DNA of 64,000 nucleotides from a virus, in the IMG/VR virus record IMGVR_UViG_3300027889_000001; one strand, written 5' to 3'. Made by a program: the position numbers and the translations under genes. Positions 15,699-23,818 of this stretch are shown in pieces; the stretch's first letter is position 1, and each line of letters opens with the position of its first letter. The notes beneath the pieces are model-generated. The model did not search any database and was not told the origin of the DNA. It saw only the letters and a list, made by a program, of their open reading frames with translations.

Positions 15699-16202
15699 AT
15701 GCCTCAAACTATTGAAACCAACAAACGTCCGACCGGACGACCGCCTATGTATAATCAGGCGCTTGTTGAAGTTATTTGTTCTCGTATAGCTACAGGTCAA
15801 AGCTTACGCGAGATTTGCCGATCAAAAGATATGCCGTCCATGACGGCAGTGTTCAATTGGTTGGGAAAATATCCACGCTTTGTTGAGCAGTACACCCGCG
15901 CCTGTGCCGCGCGTAGTCTATATCTTGCTGAAGAAATCATCGATATTGCTGATGATGGCACAAACGATTGGGTCACGCGTCAGAACAGCGACGGCGAGGA
16001 CTATGAAGTACCAAATAACGAACATATTCAACGCTCGCGCCTTCGTGTTGACACACGCAAATGGCTGCTTTCAAAGCTAATGCCCAAGGTTTATGGCGAC
16101 AAGATCACAAACGAAGTTACGGGACCGGACGGTGGTCCTGTCGAAATTCGTGAAATCGAACTCCGGATCGTCAAACCAAACCGGACAGATATTACAGATT
16201 GA
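15699..16202 (+). CDS. terS: terminase small subunit
   Basis: Motifs GRPPMYNQALVEVICSRIATGQSLREICRSKDMPSMTAVFNWL and RLRVDTRKWLLSKLMPKVYGDK. ATG 15699 is preceded by GGAGG. Confidence 0.8.
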   Translation: MPQTIETNKRPTGRPPMYNQALVEVICSRIATGQSLREICRSKDMPSMTAVFNWLGKYPRFVEQYTRACAARSLYLAEEIIDIADDGTNDWVTRQNSDGEDYEVPNNEHIQRSRLRVDTRKWLLSKLMPKVYGDKITNEVTGPDGGPVEIREIELRIVKPNRTDITD

Positions 16203-17493
16203 TGTTGCAGAAATTTTCCTTCCGCTCTTAGCGCCGGTACGTTTTAAAGGTGCGCATGGTGGAAGGGGAAGCGGGAAATCCCATTTTTTTGCGTCCAAAC
16301 TTGTACAAGAGTCGCTTAGGCGCCACACAAGAGCGGCCTGTGTCCGTGAAGTACAGTCTTCAATAAAAGATTCTGTTAAACAGCTCCTTGAGGATAAAAT
16401 CCAGAAGTATGGTGTACAATCGAAGTTTGTTATAACAGATACCGAAATTCGTGGTCCTTATGATAGTTTGTTTGTATTCAAGGGGTTACAAACAAACACC
16501 AAAGGCTCCGGTTCTGCCACTTCGATTAAGTCGCTTGAAAGTTTCAATCGTTGTTGGGTTGAGGAAGCCCAATCGATCAGCCGCAAATCGTTGGAAATAC
16601 TAACACCAACTTTTCGCGAAGGCTCTGAAGAATGGTTCTCGTGGAACCCGAACAAGGCAACTGATCCGGTCGATAAATTCTTTCGCGATAACGCTGGCGA
16701 TCCTGATTTTGTCTGCATCGAGGCCAATTACAGGGACAATCCGTGGTTCCCTGAAGAACTTCGCAAAGACATGCTACGGGATCGCGCACGCGACCCCGAC
16801 CGCTATGCCCATGTTTGGCTAGGCAAGTATGAGAAGCTTTCCGAAGCCCGTGTCTTTCGCAATTGGGTTGTTCGGGAGTTCCAAACCCCACCCAACGTCC
16901 GCTTCCACTACGGCGCGGATTGGGGCTTCAGCATTGATCCGACTGTTCTTATTCGATGTTTCATTGAAGGCCGAACACTCTATGTTGACTTCGAGGCATA
17001 CCAGGTTGGCTGCGCCATTGACCGAACGCCGGCGCTGTTCGATACGGTTCCAGACGCAAAGAAATGGCGTATAACGGCAGACAGCGCGCGCCCTGAAACA
17101 ATTGATTACATGAACCGGCATGGCTACGCGAATGTAGTTCCTGCCATCAAGGGTGCTGGGTCGGTTGAAGATGGTATCGAGTTCCTGCAATCCTACGATA
17201 TTGTCGTTCACCCGCGCTGTGTTCATACCGTAGACGAGCTTTCGTCTTATTCATGGAAAGTGAATGAGCGTACCGATCCGCCGGAAATACTTCCGGTGTT
17301 GGAAGATCGGAAGAACCATGTAATTGATTCACTGCGGTATTCGGTCGAAGACGCGCGAAGGGCACCGATGGAAATTAGTAGCAACCTTTTGGATAGATTA
17401 TCAGGGCAGCGCGCGGCGTTTCCTACGGCACGCATCATACCGGCAGGTGAAACGGTGCTTGATCAGTTGCGCAACATAGGCCCGCGCTATTGA
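16093..17493 (+). CDS. terL: terminase large subunit (PBSX/Terminase_3-like)
   Basis: Walker A RFKGAHGGRGSGKSH, WVEEAQ, and a nuclease half with DWGFSIDPT. The start is uncertain: ATG 16093 overlaps terS by 110 nt, and the only other in-frame starts are GTG 16132 and GTG 16150. Confidence 0.85.
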   Translation: MATRSQTKLRDRTVVLSKFVKSNSGSSNQTGQILQIDVAEIFLPLLAPVRFKGAHGGRGSGKSHFFASKLVQESLRRHTRAACVREVQSSIKDSVKQLLEDKIQKYGVQSKFVITDTEIRGPYDSLFVFKGLQTNTKGSGSATSIKSLESFNRCWVEEAQSISRKSLEILTPTFREGSEEWFSWNPNKATDPVDKFFRDNAGDPDFVCIEANYRDNPWFPEELRKDMLRDRARDPDRYAHVWLGKYEKLSEARVFRNWVVREFQTPPNVRFHYGADWGFSIDPTVLIRCFIEGRTLYVDFEAYQVGCAIDRTPALFDTVPDAKKWRITADSARPETIDYMNRHGYANVVPAIKGAGSVEDGIEFLQSYDIVVHPRCVHTVDELSSYSWKVNERTDPPEILPVLEDRKNHVIDSLRYSVEDARRAPMEISSNLLDRLSGQRAAFPTARIIPAGETVLDQLRNIGPRY

Positions 17494-19100
17494 CACGTCG
17501 CAAACCACCACCCAAGCTTAAAGTAAGCCCCCCTGAACCGACGCCCAAGCCACAGGGACTAGAAATTTCCGAGGCGTTGATAGCGCGCCTGAACGGTAAG
17601 CGGGTTGTCCATAGCCCTGAATTCGACGCGGAAGCCCTGCGTCCATACCCTCCGCCGCCCGGCGTTGTGCCGAAAGGCTGGAAGCAGAAGTCGCTTCCTA
17701 TGGCGATGGATTCGAGTGCCGGTTGTTCGGCGGTTACTGCGCTATCACCGACACAGTATTATACGACCGGCGTCTACTCGCAGGGATGGACTTTCGCTGG
17801 CTACGGAATTCTGAGCGAATACGCTCAAATAGCTGAGTATAGGGCGATTGCCGAAACCATCGCCACCGAAGCCACACGCGAATGGATCGAGTTTCAGGCC
17901 GTAGGCGATCTGAGCAAAACGGAGGAAGAAGCTAAAGCAGAAAAAATCCGCAAGCTTGAGGACGCTGTAAAGCGGTTCGGTGTGCGCGATCTGTTCTGCA
18001 ATATCTCCAAATACGATTCATTCATGGGCCGGGATCATTTGTATATCGATCTTGGCACGGATCAGAACGACCGCGATGAAATGGTCAAGACCATTGGCGA
18101 CGGCCGGGAAGCCATCAGCAAAGCCAAATGCAAGAAGGGTGCGTTGAAGAGTTTCAAGCGGGTCGAAGCTATTTGGTGCTACCCTGCTAATTACGACGCT
18201 GTAAACCCCATGTCGGATGATTGGTACAATCCATCGACGTGGTTTGTGATGCAGCGCGAAGTACACAAGAGCCGTCTATTACGGTTTGTATCGCGCGAAG
18301 TACCAGATATTCTGAAGCCTTCTTATGCGTTCGGTGGCCTTGCATTGTCGCAGATGGCCAAGCCTTATATTGACCGTTGGTTGAAGGGTGTTGGCAGCGT
18401 TTCCGATCTGATCCACGCATTCAGTATTATGGTACTGGAGACCGATCTGCAAACATCCGTGCAACAGGATGGGCAGCAACTGTTTCAACGCGCTGCTTTG
18501 TTCAACCTTTGCCGCGATAACCTTGGGCTCATGCTGACCAACCAGGGGACGGAAGAATTCAAGAATGTGAGTTCGCCGCTTGGTACACTGGATGCTTTGC
18601 TGGCACAACTACAAGAGCACATGGCGGCGGTTTCTAAAATCCCGTTGGTCAAGCTGCTAGGCGTTTCGCCGGCCGGTCTACAAGCCAGCAATGAAGGCGA
18701 GATCAGGGTGTTTGAAGATACCATTCACGCTTATCAGGAAGCGTTCTTTCGCCCGAATTTGCAACGGGTCATCGATTTCATTCAGCTTTCCGAGTTCGGT
18801 CAGATTGACGAAAAAATTACTTTCGGCTTCAAGAAGCTCCATGCACTAAGCGAAAAAGAGCAAGCCGAAATGCTTAAGGCCAAGGCCGATACGCACGCTG
18901 CGTATGTCGATATGGGCAGCATCGACATTATGGAAGTTCGCAAAGCCGTTGCAGCAGACAAGGATACGCCGTACCCTGGCTTGGATGTGGACAAAGAACC
19001 GGAGCCGGCGAACTTCCCTGAAAACGAAATGGGCGAACCTGTAGGTGCGCGGCATATTTTAGCGCAGGCCGATCCGGCGGAAGCGAAGGAGGCAGCATGA
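17490..19100 (+). CDS. portal protein (DUF1073-like)
   Basis: 536 aa directly after terL (TTGA overlap). Contains YGILSEYAQIAEYRAIAETIATEATREWIEF, and its position and size fit a portal. Confidence 0.75.
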   Translation: MTRRKPPPKLKVSPPEPTPKPQGLEISEALIARLNGKRVVHSPEFDAEALRPYPPPPGVVPKGWKQKSLPMAMDSSAGCSAVTALSPTQYYTTGVYSQGWTFAGYGILSEYAQIAEYRAIAETIATEATREWIEFQAVGDLSKTEEEAKAEKIRKLEDAVKRFGVRDLFCNISKYDSFMGRDHLYIDLGTDQNDRDEMVKTIGDGREAISKAKCKKGALKSFKRVEAIWCYPANYDAVNPMSDDWYNPSTWFVMQREVHKSRLLRFVSREVPDILKPSYAFGGLALSQMAKPYIDRWLKGVGSVSDLIHAFSIMVLETDLQTSVQQDGQQLFQRAALFNLCRDNLGLMLTNQGTEEFKNVSSPLGTLDALLAQLQEHMAAVSKIPLVKLLGVSPAGLQASNEGEIRVFEDTIHAYQEAFFRPNLQRVIDFIQLSEFGQIDEKITFGFKKLHALSEKEQAEMLKAKADTHAAYVDMGSIDIMEVRKAVAADKDTPYPGLDVDKEPEPANFPENEMGEPVGARHILAQADPAEAKEAA

Positions 19101-19297
19101 ACAACGATGGCCCCAACGACGAAGACGAGGAGTGTGGCTGGTGCGGCGAGGAACACGGCTTGCGCTGCCCCTATGTTGCTGCAATGGAGTATGACAACAA
19201 AGGCAAGATGCGGCGCGTCGAGTTCTTTCCTGTGTTCGAGCAGGTTGTCGAAGGCAACATTTCGCGAACTACAATCAGCGGCGGGAAGCTAAACTAA
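19097..19297 (+). CDS. small Cys/His (zinc-ribbon-like) protein, paralogue A
   Basis: Contains CGWCGEEHGLRCPYVAAMEYDNKGKMRRVEFF. ATGA overlap with the portal stop. Confidence 0.6.
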   Translation: MNNDGPNDEDEECGWCGEEHGLRCPYVAAMEYDNKGKMRRVEFFPVFEQVVEGNISRTTISGGKLN

Positions 19298-19521
19298 TGT
19301 GTTCAGTAAGCGCAATCATATCGGACTTTCAGCTTCATCAACCACCGCTGCCGCAATGGCCACTTCCGGCGTTGCTTGAGGCACAGCGCGTCATTCAATT
19401 GTTGGAATCGATTGATAAGCGGCTTGAAGCACGTGACTGTTATGAGCCAACGAAAGCCGATTTTGTGAAGTCTCTTGAAGCACGCATCATTGAACTTGAG
19501 CGTGCTCAGCGCCCTGCATGA
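19297..19521 (+). CDS. hypothetical protein
   Basis: 74 aa with TAATG and ATGA overlaps. Confidence 0.55.
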   Translation: MCSVSAIISDFQLHQPPLPQWPLPALLEAQRVIQLLESIDKRLEARDCYEPTKADFVKSLEARIIELERAQRPA

Positions 19522-19796
19522 TCCAACTTTGTCCATACTGCGCCAAAGAGCACGACGGCATCTGTCCGCGTGTAGCTGCAATCAATACGGACCCTGAAGG
19601 GAATGTGGTGCGTGTCGAGTTCTTCGAGCAACAACCTGACACACCAGTCCAGATCGAAAGCGACGATGCACTTCGCAAACGGCTGTTGCAAGTAGTAGGT
19701 GATGTCAGCATCAATACAGTGAAGACGAAGACTGCCATGGGCAGGGGGCTGGATGAAGTGGCGGGCGCTTATGGAATTCAGCGGCGTTGGTTGTGA
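19518..19796 (+). CDS. small Cys/His (zinc-ribbon-like) protein, paralogue B
   Basis: Contains CPYCAKEHDGICPRVAAINTDPEGNVVRVEFF, the same motif as 19097-19297. Confidence 0.6.
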   Translation: MIQLCPYCAKEHDGICPRVAAINTDPEGNVVRVEFFEQQPDTPVQIESDDALRKRLLQVVGDVSINTVKTKTAMGRGLDEVAGAYGIQRRWL

Positions 19797-19975
19797 TTAT
19801 GAAGCGATGTAAACAATGCCGAAAAGAAAAAGCTGAAAGCGATTTCCTTCGTCTGAGAAAACCCGGCTGGCGCGTTGTAAAATGCAACGATTGTGCTACG
19901 GCTAATATGGCGAAATACTGGCGCGGCGTTAACAAAGACCCGAACAAAGTCGGTCGAATGAACGTCGACGACTAG
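19793..19975 (+). CDS. CxxC...CxxC zinc-ribbon protein
   Basis: Contains KRCKQCRKEK...VKCNDCA. The start is either GTG 19793 (GTGA overlap) or ATG 19799. Confidence 0.5.
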   Translation: MIMKRCKQCRKEKAESDFLRLRKPGWRVVKCNDCATANMAKYWRGVNKDPNKVGRMNVDD

Positions 19976-19989
19976 ATAATCAAATTGAT

Positions 19990-20151
19990 ATGCAAAATTA
20001 CATGCAAAAGCGCAAGGAGCGCATTCGGGGGCAGCGTCAAGCGCGGGCGGAAGCGCCGGAACGTGAACGAGCGGCTGGTGATAATACCGAGAAGGAAGAT
20101 GGAAGTACCCCCAAAGTTGATACAACCAGCCGCTCGTTAACGTCCCGATGA
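19990..20151 (+). CDS. small basic hypothetical protein (53 aa, below track cut-off)
   Basis: My translation gives MQNYMQKRKERIRGQRQARAEAPERERAAGDNTEKEDGSTPKVDTTSRSLTSR. ATGA overlap with the next start; the RBS is weak. Confidence 0.35.
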   Translation: MQNYMQKRKERIRGQRQARAEAPERERAAGDNTEKEDGSTPKVDTTSRSLTSR

Positions 20152-20960
20152 CTTCGATCAAACGCCGCAATCCCAAAGCCAACCTACTCCCCCCTGTTCG
20201 CCCGAGCTTGGGGCTTGCCGCGATCTACAAGCGCCGACTAACAGCCATGATTGATGACATGCACAAATCAATCGATTATTGGCTACGCGCCGCTTACAAG
20301 AAGAACGAGCCTATCATGGCGCAGGACGAATTACCGGCCGAAGCCTTGCGAAAGGCCGTTCGGGATTTGGCGCGGCGATGGCAGAAGAACTTCGACGCCA
20401 TGGCACCGGAGCTTGCCGCGTATTTCGCCAAGGCCGCGCACAGGCGTTCGGATGCGCAGCTAAAGTCCATCCTTCGGCGCGGTGGGATTAGCGTTCGGTG
20501 GACCATGACCAAGGCGCAGCAGGATATCCTTGCCGCTACGGTCGCGGAGAACGTAGCGCTCATCAAATCGATTCCACAGCAGTTCATGACGCAGGTTGAA
20601 GGCTCGGTGATGCGCAGCGTCCAGACTGGACGCGATCTTGGAACGCTTAGCAAAGAACTTGAGCAGCATTACGAGGTTACGAAACGACGCGCGGCGTTCA
20701 TTTCTCTCGACCAGAACAATAAAATCATGGGCGCATTGCAAAGAGCGCGGCAACTTGAATTGGGTATCACGCAAGCGGTTTGGTTGCACTCGCATGGTGG
20801 CAAAGTTCCCCGCCCCACGCATCTTGCCAATAGCGGCAAGAAGTATGACGTAGCGAAGGGTTGGTTCGATCCCGATCCGAAAGTACAACAATTTATCATT
20901 CCCGGAGAGTTGAAAAATTGCCGTTGTGTAGCCAAGCCTGTTATTCCAGGGCTTAGCTAA
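20148..20960 (+). CDS. head morphogenesis protein (Mu gpF / SPP1 gp7 family)
   Basis: Contains AVWLHSHGGKVPRPTHLANSGKKYDVAKGW...PGELKNCRCVAKP. Confidence 0.75.
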   Translation: MTSIKRRNPKANLLPPVRPSLGLAAIYKRRLTAMIDDMHKSIDYWLRAAYKKNEPIMAQDELPAEALRKAVRDLARRWQKNFDAMAPELAAYFAKAAHRRSDAQLKSILRRGGISVRWTMTKAQQDILAATVAENVALIKSIPQQFMTQVEGSVMRSVQTGRDLGTLSKELEQHYEVTKRRAAFISLDQNNKIMGALQRARQLELGITQAVWLHSHGGKVPRPTHLANSGKKYDVAKGWFDPDPKVQQFIIPGELKNCRCVAKPVIPGLS

Positions 20961-21229
20961 TGTCCACCATACCGCCCGACACACGCGCGGCACTCCGCGC
21001 CATGCGACAAGAAACAAACAAAACATTCAAGGAACTTGGCGATCAATTCGGTATTTCAACGTCTGCGGCGTGGATGATTGTAAACCGAGGACAACGCTAC
21101 AAGAAGGGTACGCTAAGCGCGGCGGATGAGCGCTACACGGAATGCTGGCCTTCGCGAACGCGCAAGCCACCCCCTGTACCAAATGCAATGCCGAGTATTT
21201 CGCTGGCGCGGTTGATGGCGGGGCGGTAG
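20960..21229 (+). CDS. HTH DNA-binding protein, paralogue 1
   Basis: Contains ...KTFKELGDQFGISTSAAWMIVNRG and ends in SLARLMAGR. Confidence 0.6.
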   Translation: MSTIPPDTRAALRAMRQETNKTFKELGDQFGISTSAAWMIVNRGQRYKKGTLSAADERYTECWPSRTRKPPPVPNAMPSISLARLMAGR

Positions 21230-21676
21230 ATGGCAAACACGATACCACCAGAAAAGATCGCTCGCATCCGTGAAATGACGGAGCGAGGCGAATCGTTGAG
21301 GGCGATTGCATCTGCGCTCGATATTCATACAGCAACCGTCAGACGATATCGTAGGTACTTTGTTGAAGGTACTGATCTTGGTCTTTGCGAATGCGGTCGC
21401 CCGAAGCGTCACACAGGTTTTTGCCATGAGCAATTCCGGTTGCGACAACTAACAAATCAGGCAAAATGCGGCTGTGGTGAGCCTGCATTTCACCGTGGCT
21501 GGTGCTGGTACAGATTTGCACGCAGCCCCGCGCGGCAAGCCACCTTGGCCAAGATGCACGGACGGCCGGTCGAAAAACGGAACATCGATCTGTTCAAGAA
21601 ACCCAAGCAGGCACAAGCATTGCCGTGGGATGGTATCAAACCCCTTGATCACGCGAGGCTTACCGCAGGACGTTGA
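21230..21676 (+). CDS. HTH DNA-binding protein with duplicated CxCG..P..H.G.C motif, paralogue 2
   Basis: Contains ESLRAIASALDIHTATVRRY, then CECGRPKRHTGFC and CGCGEPAFHRGWC. Ends in HARLTAGR. Confidence 0.6.
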   Translation: MANTIPPEKIARIREMTERGESLRAIASALDIHTATVRRYRRYFVEGTDLGLCECGRPKRHTGFCHEQFRLRQLTNQAKCGCGEPAFHRGWCWYRFARSPARQATLAKMHGRPVEKRNIDLFKKPKQAQALPWDGIKPLDHARLTAGR

Positions 21677-21791
21677 AACACCAAATTCGGATGGACGGTT
21701 CCACCCCTTCACTAGTTCATCCGGATTGCCGGGGCTTCATTGACACCTCCTCTAAGGAAAGCTCCGGCAACCGAAATTTTTGCAGGAATAG

Positions 21792-23789
21792 ATGCCTACA
21801 AAATCCGCCGCTCAACACCGCCTCATGGAAGCTGCCGCGCACACTCCTGGCGGCTATGGAGGCGTGCCGCAGGCTGTAGGCAAGGAATTCGTTGGTAAGG
21901 ATATGGCACCGCGCGATTGGCGCGGCATGGTTCGTGGGTTTCTGAAATGGGTTATGGAGGAAGAACAGGAGCCGGAGCATCAAGGGGAAGACGCGCAACC
22001 GAAACTTGCTGCTGGCGTGATCTTGCGAACGCCCGATGGCAAAGTGCTTTTGCTGAAGCGTTCCGACAAGGAAGCAAACTACAAAGGACATTGGGCATTG
22101 CCTGGTGGCGGTGCAGAACCGGGCGAAGCAGCCATGGACGCCGCGATCCGCGAATGTGCGGAAGAGACGGGTTTTCGTCCCGAAGGCTTGAAGCTACTCG
22201 GTAGTGTCAAAACGCCGACGGGTATGTTGTTTCATACTTATGAAGCAGTCGTCGATGCGCCTTTTGCAGCAACGCTGAACGAAGAGCACACGGAACATGG
22301 CTGGTTCAGCAATGACAATATGCCAAGCCCCATGCACCCGCGCGTGGCAGAAGTGTTAAAAGCTGCGCCGCAAGCCCACGACTCTTTCGCCTTCGACCGG
22401 GCATCTGTTCGCCGCTACGACGTAGACGGACGTTTGCATGTTGAGAAAACGCCGATCTCGAAAGCGAATGTGTGCGAATATCTCGGGTCCGAAATTCCCA
22501 ACTACGAAGAGTTGGGGTTGGACCCCGCGCGGAAATACAAGCTGTTTCGCGATCCTGAAGAACTGAAAAAGGGCGCAGCAACATCCAATAACATGCAACT
22601 AATGTTGAAGCATGTTCCTGTTGATGCTGACGATCATAAACCCGATCTAATTGTTGGTTCGACCGGCACAGACGCTATCTTTGAGGAGCCCTACCTTTAT
22701 AACAGCCTGGTTGTTTGGGCGCGTGAAGGTGTTGATGGAATCGAAGACGAGAGTCGCAAAGAAATTTCGGCGGGATACAGATATACGCCGATTATGGAGT
22801 CTGGTCATTATAAGGGTCAGGCTTACGACGGTCGGATGACTAATATCATCTTCAATCACTGCATTTTATGCGAAAGAGGACGTGCAGGTTCCGATGTGGT
22901 CGTCGGAGATTCCGCACCAACAGAGAAGGAGAATCAAATGACCACGAAATCTGTACTTGCCAAACTGAGCACGAAGCTGAAGTCCGTTCTGGCGGCTGAT
23001 TCCAATCTACCAGAAATCGAGGGAATGTTGGCTGTACTCGCCAAGGACGCCGAAACGGATGCTAATGCTGGCATTCCGGCCGGTGCCAAAGCCGAAAAGA
23101 AAGAAACAGCGGGCAACGACGCTAAGACTGAAGAGGACGAAGAGGAAGAGTGGGAGACTGCCAAGGACGCCATGCGCAAAGGCGGCATGGACGAATCCAT
23201 GGTGGAAGCCTGCGACGCCCGCTTCCGTGGTGGACGGGACGCTCGCCGGGCGCATGATGCGCGCAGCCGCTTGGGGCGCGATGAAACGCCCGAAGAGGAA
23301 AAAGAGCGTATGGAAAAGGAAAAGAAGGCCGAAGACGCCCGCAAGCACGCACGCGATAAGAAACGTGCGCATGACGCTGAAGAGGCTGAGAAAAAGAAGG
23401 CTGAAGATGCTAAGCGGGGTCGCGCTAACGATGCAGCCCCCCTGACTCGTCAAGCCATGGACGAAGCCATCGAGGCAAACACCAAGACCATTCGCGCGCA
23501 GCAGCGGGCCTTGCGCGAAGCCGAACGACATGTGCGCCCGTGGATCGGCAACATTGCACTCGATTCCGCCGAAACAGCCGATGACGTATACAGGCTGGCA
23601 CTCAAGACCGCGCGGCCGAATCTTGATTTGAAAGGTGTCGATCCTTCCGCCTACCGCGCCATGTTGGAACTAATTCCACAGCCGCGCGGACAAATGGCGG
23701 CGGATACCGATGATGGCATGGCGTTCGATGCTTCGGTAGCAGACAAATACGGCAAGCTGTTCCCGGACGCCGGTCGTCTGACGAACTAA
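21792..23789 (+). CDS. head maturation/scaffold fusion protein: DUF3008-like N-terminus + Nudix hydrolase + DUF2213 + charged coiled-coil tail
   Basis: Perfect Nudix box GGAEPGEAAMDAAIRECAEETGF (nt 22107-22175). DUF2213-like RRYDVDGRLHVEKTPISKANVCEYLG...ISAGYRY...NHCILCERGRAGSDV. The C-terminal half is E/K/R/D/A-rich. The gene sits just upstream of the capsid genes. Confidence 0.7.
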   Translation: MPTKSAAQHRLMEAAAHTPGGYGGVPQAVGKEFVGKDMAPRDWRGMVRGFLKWVMEEEQEPEHQGEDAQPKLAAGVILRTPDGKVLLLKRSDKEANYKGHWALPGGGAEPGEAAMDAAIRECAEETGFRPEGLKLLGSVKTPTGMLFHTYEAVVDAPFAATLNEEHTEHGWFSNDNMPSPMHPRVAEVLKAAPQAHDSFAFDRASVRRYDVDGRLHVEKTPISKANVCEYLGSEIPNYEELGLDPARKYKLFRDPEELKKGAATSNNMQLMLKHVPVDADDHKPDLIVGSTGTDAIFEEPYLYNSLVVWAREGVDGIEDESRKEISAGYRYTPIMESGHYKGQAYDGRMTNIIFNHCILCERGRAGSDVVVGDSAPTEKENQMTTKSVLAKLSTKLKSVLAADSNLPEIEGMLAVLAKDAETDANAGIPAGAKAEKKETAGNDAKTEEDEEEEWETAKDAMRKGGMDESMVEACDARFRGGRDARRAHDARSRLGRDETPEEEKERMEKEKKAEDARKHARDKKRAHDAEEAEKKKAEDAKRGRANDAAPLTRQAMDEAIEANTKTIRAQQRALREAERHVRPWIGNIALDSAETADDVYRLALKTARPNLDLKGVDPSAYRAMLELIPQPRGQMAADTDDGMAFDASVADKYGKLFPDAGRLTN

Positions 23790-23818
23790 TTATATCAACG
23801 AACAAAGGAGTAATTACT

